DNA of 64,000 nucleotides from Raillietiella orientalis (Eukaryota), in assembly GCA_036172245.1 (NCBI GenBank), contig JAYWIR010000010.1:1736001-1800000 (forward strand). Reading direction: 5' to 3'. The notes under the pieces were generated by a model. The model was not told where the DNA came from. It was given only the letters and a program-made list of their open reading frames with translations, and made no database searches. The translations under genes were made by a program, and so were the position numbers. Of this stretch, positions 52,722 to 64,000 are shown piece after piece. Position 1 is the stretch's first letter. Each line of letters starts with the position of its first letter.

Positions 52722-54469
52722 TTATCATGTGTTAGTGTTTGGGCTTACCTACCTTAGCTATGTTTGCTATCACTTAAGCAGGAAGCCCTTAAGCATAGTC
52801 AAAAATACTCTATGTCAGAATTGTTCTGGACTCACTCCTCCTGTGGATGTTATCATTACTGAGGACAATAAGGACACTTGGTGTGATTGGATTACTCTCA
52901 GTGAGTAATAGTGGCAACAGGAATACATGGGCTCTCAGATGGTCATGATGCTGATACTGTGTTTGGCTTTTTGGACCTGGCATTTCTATTGACTTATGCA
53001 GTGGCCATGTTTGCAAGGTGAGTTAGGAAATAAAGATCAAAGTTAAGGAGATTGTCAGTGGATTTGTGGCAGAGAGGTGTAATTTACGTTACTTTTTGGC
53101 CTTGGGCATGTTGCTATCAGGGATGGCTACTTATCTCTTTGGACTAGGCCACAGTTATGGAATCCATTCCTTCAACTATTTTATATCAGTTCAAGTATGT
53201 GAGCAAAAGAAAAAAAGACACCAGTTTCCTTAGGTTTTGGCAGGATTATTTCAGACATCTGGTTGGCCTGGAGTGGTTAGTTGTATGGGTAACTGGTTTG
53301 GAAAGACCAGAAGAGGTCAGTAAAAAATTTACTGGTGAATAATGAAATCCTCAGGACTGGTCTTCGGATTGTGGAACTCCCACACTTGCTTAGGCAATAT
53401 TCTGGGATCTTTGCTGGCAGGACTTTGGGTGGATGTGAACTGGGGACTGTCCTTTATAGTTCCAGGAGCCATCATAGGTGGCATGGGATTTGTAGTATTT
53501 TTGCTGCTTCCTGTTGATCCCCAAGAAGTGGGATGTTCTCCTCCAGATCATCAGGTCAGGCATCACAGAAGACCAGTCAAAGAAGGAAGTGATGAGGAAG
53601 AGTTACTGCCATACCATCAAAAAGTACCTGCTAAAAGGGCAATACAGTTCTTGGAAGCACTTCATCTTCCAGTAAGAATTCTTTCATGCTATTCTCTGTT
53701 TAAGTTGACTCTAGGGTCTCCTTGAATTTTCTATGTGTCTCTTCTTCTCCAAGCTGGTTAGTTACACATTTCTCTTCTGGCTACCTCGCTACATCAAGCT
53801 ATCTAGTGAGTATCTGTTACTTAATTGGCATACTCATATAGCACTCCAGCAAGCTTTACTGCCCAGGAAAGTGCATACCTTAGTACTCTGTTTGATGTAG
53901 GAGGTATTGCAGGTGGAGTGCTAGCAGGATACATTAGTGATCACTCAGAAATGAATGCTACAATCTGTGCAGCGATGTTGACTCTGTCTGTTCCTATTGT
54001 GCGTATAAGTTGTCTAAAATTTTTTTTTTACTTCTGGGATCCAGCTACTTGTATACCAACACTGGGGACATGCTAGCCTCCTGACCTGCATTACTTTATT
54101 GATGTTAGTAGGTTTGCTAGTAAATGGACCCTATGCCCTCATCACTACAGGAGTCTCCACAGAACTGGGCACTCATAAATCACTGCAAGGTAATGCCAAG
54201 GCTCTGGCCACTGTTACAGCCATCATTGATGGAACTGGTTCATTGGGAGCAGCTCTTGGTCCATTCTTAGCAGCATTAATAACAAAGCATGGTGGGACAC
54301 ATGTGTTCACTATGTTAATAGTGGCCAACATTTTGGCACTTTTGGTAAGCAAAGTATTCTTATTCAAAAATGCTCACAGTGGAAATAGTTGCTGTTACGT
54401 CTTGTCAATCAGGAAGTAAGAAAAACTTGCCAAATGATTAAAAGAAAGCAGGCAGAAAGGCAAATCTAA
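52722..54469 (+). CDS. SLC37A2: Sugar phosphate exchanger, SLC37A1/A2 type (MFS, glycerol-3-phosphate/glucose-6-phosphate antiporter family); spliced; first coding exon not located
   Basis: Exons assembled by hand at GT-AG introns (52901-52938, 53018-53058, 53195-53233, 53316-53354, 53672-53714, 53806-53849, 53999-54044, 54345-54388) give one open frame. It contains [132 protein letters not shown] and ends RQI* (TAA 54467-54469). These match known SLC37 motifs. An invertebrate gene would be co-orthologous to SLC37A1/A2. Confidence 0.93.
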
Positions 54470-55329
54470 ATCATGACTAAATAAATAAAATTGTCTATTT
54501 ATTGATAAAATAATAAAAATAATTAAGGCCTTCCTAAAGGAACACGATATGATATTAAGTAACCAGTTTCTCCCCAACTGACACGATACCACTGAAACAG
54601 AGTTATCCATGTCACTAGCAACACTGTCCACAAAGCTGCCCCAATGGCTGATGCTATCACATCTGAAAACAATGAAAGTGGGCAGAAAAGCCTTCTTACA
54701 TTTTTTGATTTCAGTTTGTCCTAAATAAGGTGGTTTCCGAAATGCTTCTTTATAGAACCAAATGGCATTCACCAGCCACAGAAATGGAAGAAAGGCAAAG
54801 CCACCTAGGATACAATTTTTTATTTGCTGCTATGGAGTTCATACAAAAGACATACAGTGAAATGCTTACCCAGAAAATACTGTTTACAGAGCTTGACTTT
54901 TTCTTCACTTTTCATTCGGTCAAGGCAAACCATTTTTACAGGTGTGCTTTTGAAATTTCCTTATGGAAAAACAATTGATATAATCCCATGTATATTTCAC
55001 CCCTGAAAATGTGGCAGCTTCATGAAAATTATTACATTAGCAACTAATGTCAAAAGATAAAATATTCATTTTGAAGATAAACAGATAAGAATACATCTCT
55101 TTCATACTGTACTAAGATGCTAAGACCCTCATCACTACAGCAGTTGAATATATATCCTAAATTGCGTCTTAATGTTTCATTGATTTACTTGAGCAGGAGA
55201 GAAATATATCTGTGCATATCATGATTTACAAATGCATCGAATAAATATTAATTTTATGAAAATTCATAGCTCTATCTCTTTATCAACTCCGTAAAACACA
55301 AGTGAAATCATATTACTTCACACAAATCA

Positions 55330-55540
55330 AGTTGGCATACGAAAAAGACGGTTGGGCATTATGTTTTTCACGAAGAGCCTTGAATTTCACATCTGGTTCA
55401 CTTGTAACTTTTAACTTCATTTGTAAATAGCTACTGAAGATCAAAAATAGGAATGCTCCCGAACAATTGCTTACGGGCGCTACACGTCTTTGCGCTTCCA
55501 AAACCGAGAAGACGCGAGCCTTCCGTTGCAAAAGGTATCA
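55330..55540 (-). mobile_element. hAT-superfamily (Charlie/Buster-like) transposase C-terminal remnant
   Basis: Minus strand VIPFATEGSRLLGFGSA (compare LLPFATSYLCEAGFS) followed, in another frame, by LQMKLKVTSEPDVKFKALREKHNAQPS, resembling the typical ...EPDI..L...QAQPSH terminus. No TIRs found. Confidence 0.5.
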
Positions 55541-55959
55541 CTCATCATAACAAATAAGGAAAACAACGAACAGAGAATCTGAGAGAACGCGATTGTTTCA
55601 AAGAAACGTAAGTGCTGGACATTAATATCTCATCGTGATTTGTAAAGGTGCAACCATGGGGCTCACTCACTCTGCTGCTTGGAAATTCAGGCAAGATATC
55701 TATTGAAATGCAATTCAATTTTAGGTTTATGCCAACTTGATAGAGCACTTCAAAAATGAAACGGAAAATATTGTACATCCATCAATCACCTGGACTGAAA
55801 ACATTAGCTCATATGAAAACTTTCGGCTGGTGGTTCCTGTTTAAAATGGAAAATTTTTATATGTGGACTTCTTGAAATCATGTGGTTATATACAACGAAG
55901 TTTACCACAACAACAGCACTTTTATTTCTTTCCACCCCGTCTTTTATATAAAGCGCTCT

Positions 55960-57718
55960 TTGGGTTCTCGACATCAACCGCTATGGAGTTTATCGGGTCC
56001 TCCCGGCATCGGCGCTCCAAGATTTCTTTGAGCTGCTGCGCCGCAGGATGGGCCTGGAGGTGAACAGAGAGAAATCTTCAATACTCCCACCGAATACGTC
56101 CTGGGGCGGAAGTCGGACTGGATCCGCTTGGGGATCCCCAAGGGCAGGTACATCAAGTACCTTGGCATTCCGTTTGGGGACTTCTGCGTGTCAGAAGCCT
56201 GATCCGACCGTCTCTAAAAAGTGGAATTGGATATCGGCCCGTTCCAGAACGGCAAGTTTTACTTGCCGGAACGGGTCGCGGTGTGGAGCGCATTCGCGGC
56301 TCCCTTTCTTCGTCCCCTACTTTTTGTTTGCCCCTTCCACCTATCTTGAAAAAAAGGACCGAGGTCCTCCTAAGGATAGCCCTTTGGGGCACAGGGAGGT
56401 CCCGTGTCCGCTTGAAAGACTTGTGCGCTCCACGTAGGGACGGTGGATTGGGCCTCCTGAGGCTAGAGTGCATGGAGGCCCCTCGATCCTCGTGGCATAC
56501 CAGCACAGCTTAGGCTATTGTGGCCATCAGCTGCGCCACACGGTCTCCCTGATGAAGGAAAATACCTGGATCCCCTGCCTCCCCACGAACTGCACTGCCT
56601 GGCTTCAGGAATCAGTTTCTGCGTGGGCCAAGATCAACGGCTCGAGCGAGGCAGAGTACAACTTTCTCCGTCGAGGACCCAACGCTCGACAGCCCCTGCA
56701 GGAGATCATCAACAACCTGAGGAAGTTTCTGTGGGCTTCTTTGTCCCCCCTTGCTCCCGTGCTGTTCTCCCTCAAGAACATTTGGAACAGCAACGAGCGA
56801 GCATTGTGGGAAGTGTCTTGCCTCATCCGAGGCAGGATAAAACCGCTGAAGGCGTGGACGACTCGGGAGCTAGCGGACGCTGCGCCCCGAGCGTCCCGTC
56901 TGAAGGAATTGTGCGCTGGGGCGAGCTGCTCGGCATACCTCCGGAGGAGGTGAAGTGGCCCCCAACGTGCTGGGATAGTCGCACCCTGTCCCTGGAATGG
57001 TAGGAGACGGCGCTGCTGGTGTTCCATTGGGGACTCCTTTGCAAAGCACGACTCTCCCATTGGACATCAGGGACTGTGGATGCCAGTTGTGCAGGATGCG
57101 GGGAACGGGAGACCTTCCCCCACCTCATCATCGAGTGTGTCGCCCTCCGGTGGGATGTGAGATCGACTGTCGTCGATCATGGACGTTCCCGGGGGCGACC
57201 CGAAGGACATTTTCCATCACCTCCTGATTCAGGACGCCCTCACCAGCAGCCGCGTGTGTGGAAGTTCTCTGCTGCATGCATGGGATCCTGGCAAAATGGA
57301 CTGCTTCCAGGAAAGGCCATAACAGTTGGCCTCTCCTGGAAGCAACAGTTCACTGGGCGGATCTTAACATTGAGAAAGCTTCCCGATGGCCCCGGCTAAG
57401 AACATTACGTCCAGCACTTGTCCGCATCCTCAACAGGATGCAGAGGATCACTCGGGGAGAACAGTGATCCCTTCCCAGCCCTCCCTTCCCTTGGTTTTTG
57501 TTTGATTTTTTTGTTTTTCTTTGTGGTTTTCCCTTCCCCATCGCCTGCAGAGAGGACCTCAGCGGCCTGCGGGCCGGCAGAGGCAAGTGTGTCAAGACAG
57601 GCAGAACCACGTGTTCTGCCTGCACATAATTTTAAGACTTTATCATGAAATTTTTATTATAAACATTTTAATAATAAATGCCCTTGGATTTCCGGGTGAT
57701 AAATGTCAACCTCTAAAA
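55960..57718 (+). mobile_element. 5'-truncated L1/Tx1-clade non-LTR retrotransposon (RT C-terminus, zf-RVT, 3' UTR), frameshifted
   Basis: GC-rich island in AT-rich DNA. Motifs: GLEVNREKSSIL and IKYLGIPF (RT domains 6-7), RVRLKDLCAPRRDGGLGLL (L1/Tx1 GGLG motif), CAGCGERETFPHLIIEC (CCHC zf-RVT), stop at 57465-57467, then a T-rich 3' UTR, hairpin and AATAAA. No TSD identified; boundaries approximate. Confidence 0.85.
57598..57622 (+). other. 3' UTR stem-loop of the retroelement
   Basis: CAGGCAGAAC-CACGT-GTTCTGCCTG: perfect 10-bp stem with a 5-nt loop. A homologue with compensatory changes lies at 41204-41226 on the minus strand. Confidence 0.7.
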
Positions 57719-60700
57719 ATTTCGACAAATCTTTTCAACTCTAAACTAATACAGTTATTTTTTTCAAACCTAAAATCCTTGTCAAGTGAAGTGAGTCATA
57801 CACAATTCTACGCCTAATTTTTTCCTAATAAAAAAGCACTTATAATAAAATCGTAAGAGTGTTTGAACTTCTCACATGTAATGATCCTTCATCCTTAACT
57901 TGATTCGTCTTGCAGTCAAATCATTTCGAGGATAAAACGAAAATCGTATTCCACTTTTCCCACGACTGCCTAGCTCTAATTATGTAGTTGTTTGCGAATT
58001 CATTAAGAATATTCTGGTTACAGTTGGCAGTTACTTATTACATATATCACAGTTACTTATTATTTATATGACATCCGAACAACCATTTAAGAACCGCATG
58101 GTTCCGCATCGTAGAACTGACCTGGACGTGAGCGATCAATGCGGTCATCTGCGGAGACACCCTGTAGGCGGCACATTTCATCCAGGATGGGATATCTGAG
58201 TTCCGAACGAATCCTTTCTCCTTTTGTTTGTATGTAAGAAGCTTTCATATTGGTGCGACGAGCCTACTGACAATTGTAAAAATAAATTTGCGGTATTTGT
58301 TATTCAGTTGATCATTTCTCTTAAAAAGCACTTAGGCCGCTTTGGATATTGAGTTTTCACTACCATGCAATTGAGATAATATACTCTGCAGTGTTATTAT
58401 TTTATCAGGTGTCTGTCTGCATCTTATTTTTTTTTTTTTTTTTTCTTTTAAAAAAAAAAAGACTCCAAAATGCTGATTAGGCTTGCTGTTCATCTTTCCG
58501 AAACGTGCTTCAAATGCATCTGTTTAGCTTTTGGCTACCGAAGTAGCATCTGGTTTTGTATGCTGAGCATTGGAGATATATGTCCCATTATTCCTTTATT
58601 TTTCCGTTTTGATGATTAAAAATACATGCATACTTGGTGTGCAAGAAAAGGCAACATACGGCCACCCTTGTAGGCATAAGCGATTTGTTTTATTGACTTT
58701 GTATGAGCATGCCCATTGTGTCGCCATTCCATTCTCAAATTCTAATCATTCTGACAGTTTTTCTTTTTTTCATTGTGATCTGACACCGCCTCTTCACAAT
58801 CATCTCATCTTTTGCACAATTTTTAAACGCACTGCATTGACAGCATGTAAATGCACGTTTCCATTTAACTGTCTGAATAAATGCTTTAGTTCATCGCTAT
58901 TCCAATAAATAGTTTCATCTTTTTTGTTTGCATAACTATTTTACTTGACCAGTTGAGCTCCAACTCAGATCGATATCTGATTTTAGTACAATTCAGTACA
59001 CAAAACAAATTCAGTTTCTATTCTGCTGTTGTCCTTATGGTTTCTAGCTTGAAGCTATTTGATTCGTACAACTGTATTACTCATGTGTACATACTGTGCA
59101 CATTATTGCAACACTTAGAATATGATAATTTTCGGCTTAATCATTTGTTGCAAATTCTGTGCATTTTGATTAACTATGTTACTTTCACTTATATTGGGCG
59201 TTTGATCATGACACATAAAGCATAGTCACAAGATATTTGGATAAGTGCTCTCGCATAGTTTTATTAGAATCTGTGAAATTCAATGGCTCTGAGCATTTTG
59301 TAATTATGTAAATAAGTGTTTTTATGACTTATATGTACGAATGAGAGATAATTTATCGAATATTTGTCCAGAGGAAAAGACTTGCAAACAGTAAACGATC
59401 ATAAGACTGAAATGAAGGAGGCAGATAGGATAGGAGAAAGACCTGTATCAAGAAAGAGAACAAATGGAAAAGTAAAATTCAGCAAGACTTCGAATAATCA
59501 AGAATTGAATCGATTGTTAGTTCTTAATAGGATTATAATCATTTATAGTAATTACACTGATTGAAGAAAGAGCGTGTACAATGCCTTGTTGCTTAATGTT
59601 TTATATTTGAAGAACTAATTGATTTCAGTGCTAAAATGTACGTGGCACATGACATGGAAGAAACAAACAATCGTTATGCTTGTTTCTTCTCCAAAGATCT
59701 CACGCTATTCTCAACTCACCATCCAAACTATTAATATGTAAGAGCAGAAGCAGCACATTCATATCACACATGATATACCAGATGCTTCTAATTCGGTCGG
59801 CTGTTCCAGCTTTTTATCCAGTGGGACTCCTCAGTACAAAATGTGGCTAGTTCTATAACAGAACGTCAGATTTCCAACACAAGTATTTTCATCAAAACCT
59901 TAAAAAGAAAATTTGGAAAATCTAAAAGAGACGCTTCATTTTTCTGCTAGTACTGATGCATGAAATAAACCAAGTCCAAACACTTTTCATTGCTTTCTTT
60001 AAAGTAATGGGTCAAGTAATTTGGATCTCCATACTTAGTGTTTCCGTGGATTGATTTTTTTTTACCTTATTTGCCAAATGTTAAAGCCATAAAATAGGCA
60101 GATTATTGTTAAGAAGGTTAATAGTCGAGCAAAAATTTGAAATAATATACACAGAATCTAAATATTAGACTCAGAAGAAAGCAGCAGCTTATTAAAGTGA
60201 GTTTTTCTAGAAAAAAATTGATTGGCAAAATTATTGAAAACAAATAATCGAATTTATATTTTAATGCGTATTTCATACATGAATTGGGGTACTCTGTTAA
60301 ACTCTGAAAGTTATAGCGTATTTTAAAATTGTTGACTTTCAATTACTAAATTTAGTTTTCTTTACTCTTTAGAATATTCACTGAAAACAATTTCTTACCT
60401 GAAACTGAACCTTAACACACTGAAGTTGGTTATTTATAAGAAAAGTCAGTTATCAACAGTTCTTAGTTAGGAAAAACAAAACAAAACACAACATGCTTGT
60501 TAATTATTTTCAAAATCTGGCCGCAAGTTATTATTCATAATATTGCCACTTGATTGTAAGCCACTTTCAAGAGAATTGTAAATCTGTCTTTCTTTAAGGG
60601 AGTGTTTTCCAGCAAAGTTTCGAAATCTGTACTTCCCATTTCATCTATACAAATGATTGAGTGTGCCTTGTTAAAAAATACTGACCCTTTATCCTCAGAG

Positions 60701-61466
60701 AAAAGAAATCCAATCGCTGAACATACTTAAATTAACCAAGAGAATCACTGTGATTTTCATTCATAAAAAGGAACAGATTTACGTACAAACATTTCTATAA
60801 AACAGACTGCCCCTTTGAGAGAATAAAGGTGTTGGCCGAATAACTACAGTTGTGTAAAGTTGCGAGAATCCAGTAACTGATACAACTCTGCATAACGATT
60901 GCGAAAGAGCACTTCGTACAAACTGCATATTGTATATGTAACATGTATATGGAAATGTGTATTATTAGCAACATGTGCCATCATGCTTAATGTGTGATGT
61001 TTTTGAATGAGAACTGCCGCTTATGAAGTGCACATGGCTCTCAGTTGAAGACGTTTTTGCGAAAATCATACATCTGTGATGACCAAAACTATTTCATCTA
61101 CATAGTGATGTTGCTAGATATTTATGATTTATATACCAAGTAATTAGAATTCATGTTTAAAGTTTGCAACACATTTTAACGTAATAGTTCTTAGTACCTT
61201 GGTTTGCCCAGTGTTTTCTTGAAAGTTCCCTTGGCCACAATTTATGTGTAAGTCAACAAATGCGTGACAAATTTAAATGAATAAAATATAATGGAACGTA
61301 TTTTTGAGGTATACAATGATCAGTCATTAGTGTAAAAATTATACATTAGTGTAAAAGTATTATTGTATGTTTAGCTGCTTTTATGCAACTTTTCTGCAAA
61401 GACACATGCTTTTGATAGGGGATTAGATTTTTGAATTGTGTAGTTTATGATATTATTTTATTTACA

Positions 61467-63960
61467 ATGGAATGTGAATATGAGCCACATTCCAAATACA
61501 AGAAAGGAGTTGCTTGTGATACCCCGACAGAGTCAAAATCAAACATGGAGGAAAATGGAAAAGTATAAGAGCTGCAAATATAATACATTCTCCTATTGTA
61601 TTTATGTATTAGATGATGAAAAGTATTATTCCAAATGAGGATCTCAGTAAAGAGAGCAGTGCTTTTCCTGATGAAATCCTTGAGGATTATTTGAAAGAAA
61701 CTGATGTTGGAATTTTTCATTACATTAATGATGTAAAAATATCCGGTATTTTGAAAAATAGGTAATATTTCTAGACTTATGCATTCATTTATTTCAAATA
61801 ATTTAGATTCTCAGACTTTATTGTTCATGAAATTGGTGAGAATGGATGCATTGCAACACTGTCAGATATGGTGACCATTCCTGAGCTTCCTAGCACCAAA
61901 AATTCAAAATTATCAAGTATTACTGGGATGCATTGAGATTTCTGTTTACAGCTGATTTTTTAGAGGATGAATTATTGAATGTATTCCCACAAGAAGTTTT
62001 TGAAAAAGTTCAGAGTGTATCAGATGGAGAGCTCCCAGTGTACTATTACAATGTAAGTGCATACTCTTGTATGAGATGCATATGAATGCTGTCATTACTG
62101 CTTTCAGTCTCATAATAGCCCTTCCAGGTACATGGGAAAGATAAAGAAACTCGAAAACAAATACATATTTCAATCAAGAATTATTTTGAAAATCTGGAAA
62201 CTAACACAGAAATACAAGAAAATGTAACAGTGATTTCTGTTAAGCAGAAAACTAAAGGTAATTAAGAATAAGCATGACAAGCTTCATTCTGTCAACATAG
62301 CTAGCAGAAAAGTAAAAGCAGCTAGATACTTCCTACACTTCATTTTATATAAAGAGAACATAGATACAATGGCAGCAGTTGCAGCTCTTGCATCGCGACT
62401 TAGGTAAAAAAAAAAAAAATTATTTAATTGTTCTTTTGATTCTTTTTATTGTAACCATTAGGTAACAGTGAATCTGTGTTTTCCTTTTATTTCATTTAAT
62501 TTTTCATTAGTGTACTTCGTGTTATTTCTTCAGAAAATTTATTTTAGAAAGCATCCAAAAGCACTCAGTTATGCAGGAAATAAGGATCGTAGAGCAAAGA
62601 CTAGTCAATGGATGTGCATAAGAGACTGTAGTGTTCAGCAGCTAATGCATGCAGCTGCTACTATTAGAGGCATTTGGATAGGCAACTTTTGTTATTCAAA
62701 TACATCTTTACATTTGGGACAGCTTCAGGGCAACCATTTCACTGTAGTGCTAAGGTGTAAGAGAAAATGTCATCAGTATGAGTTTTTTTTGTAGAAATGT
62801 CAAAGAGACGGATTGCACAGTTGAAGAAGCAACCAAAAGTTTGGCTACTAGAGGCTTTATCAACTATTATGGTATGCAGAGATTCGGTACTACTTGTGTC
62901 CCCACTCATAGCATAGGAAAGATGTTACTAGCCAAAAAGTGGCACAAAGTAAAGTCATATTTTTTGGTGCATTCTTATGATTTCAGGCCATTGAATTGAT
63001 TCTTCATCCCCGAAAAAGTGGTGTTGCATCAATAGAAGCTGCCCGAATAAAGTGGTGGGAAAATAGGGATCCTGCTGAAGCTCTGAAACTATTATCTAAT
63101 AGGAATTGTGTGGAAGGCTGTTTACTACAGGGTTTGATTCAATCAGGAAAAAACAATCTTTTAGGTGCACTTAATCATGTAGGTTATTTCTGTCTTAAGA
63201 CTCTGAATTTCAAAGAGAACAGATTCCTTACCCTACACGTCTTATTTACCTCCATGCTTACCAGAGCTATGTGTGGAATCATATAGCTTCACGTCGAATT
63301 GCTACTTTCGGACTACAGGTGGTTGATGGGGACTTGGTGAGAACAAAAAAAGAGGGAAGGCCAGTGGAGCAAGTAAACAATGAGACCATGGCAAGTTTTG
63401 TCATCACTGATGTTGTACTACCTCTTCCTGGAAATGGAGTGAGTTATCCTGGAGGCCCAGTTCGTTCATGGTATGAAGAATGTCTGTCACATGATGGCCT
63501 TTCCTTATTGAGCTTTCAGCACCAAAACACGTAAGTTTCACAAGTATTTAATTTTATGCTTTACTTTGTATGTGCATGTGTGTTTTTTTTTCCCTCTTAT
63601 GCTATCCTAAGGATATTGCCACTAGAAGGTGATTATAGAAATCTTGTAGTAATGCCACAAGATTTAAGGTGGCGTATCACCACCTACTCTGATCCAGAAA
63701 CAAATCTTGTTCTTTCTGATAGAGATGTTTTAGAAGGAGTAACTCTTGATACGACCTCAGGTAAATAAAATGAGCACTGCAAACTAATATTTCTGTTTCA
63801 AGGACTATATAAAGCACTTGTTTTGGATTTCATTTTGCCAAGTAGTTCCTATGCTACTGTTGCTCTGAGAGAACTTTTGCATGTTGATACATCATCTCAT
63901 CATCAGGCATTCCTCAGTAAAGTAGTGATCAGTTCAGCAGCTGAAACATCACTTAAATAA
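61467..63960 (+). CDS. PUS7: Pseudouridine synthase 7 (TruD family); spliced, about 12 exons
   Basis: Spliced translation: [39 protein letters not shown], catalytic motif [88 protein letters not shown], stop TAA 63958-63960. Introns at 61563-61612, 61762-61806, 61917-61951, 62053-62127, 62258-62300, 62404-62547, 62755-62794, 62949-62986, 63179-63223, 63531-63611 and 63761-63802. The start ATG at 61467 is inferred; ATG 61613 is an alternative. Confidence 0.95.
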
Positions 63961-64000
63961 ACCTTTATGACATTACACTTCATTATAAACGCAGCTTTGG

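Noticed and set aside
58154..58166. GAGACACCCTGTA, resembling the end of a Tc1/mariner TIR
   Set aside because: No partner TIR or transposase found in the window.

Overview
Eukaryotic (invertebrate, probably arthropod-like) genomic DNA with two very different compartments. From ~49.9 to 64 kb it is AT-rich host sequence with two plus-strand genes split by very short (35-50 nt) GT-AG introns: an SLC37A1/A2-type sugar-phosphate exchanger (~52.7-54.5 kb, first exon not found) and the TruD-family pseudouridine synthase PUS7 (~61.5-64.0 kb). Between them lie a 5'-truncated L1/Tx1-clade non-LTR retrotransposon and a probable hAT transposase remnant. From 1 to ~48.7 kb it is a GC- and CpG-rich block. 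Parts of that block (~11-15 kb, ~38.4-48.7 kb) are dense clusters of decayed copies of the same L1/Tx1-like family. The rest (1-11 kb, 15-38.4 kb) is densely packed with disrupted, coding-looking frames that I cannot assign to any family; it is a candidate decayed endogenous large DNA virus or giant mobile element, but no hallmark gene was identified. The block also holds three local inverted duplications (41, 427 and 1,787 bp arms), the largest inserted into an RT reading frame, and two pairs of diverged internal paralogues. Two retroelement copies share a 3' stem-loop with compensatory base changes. Nearly all GC-rich ORFs in the supplied track are not credible intact genes. Base composition statements are visual estimates, not computed values.
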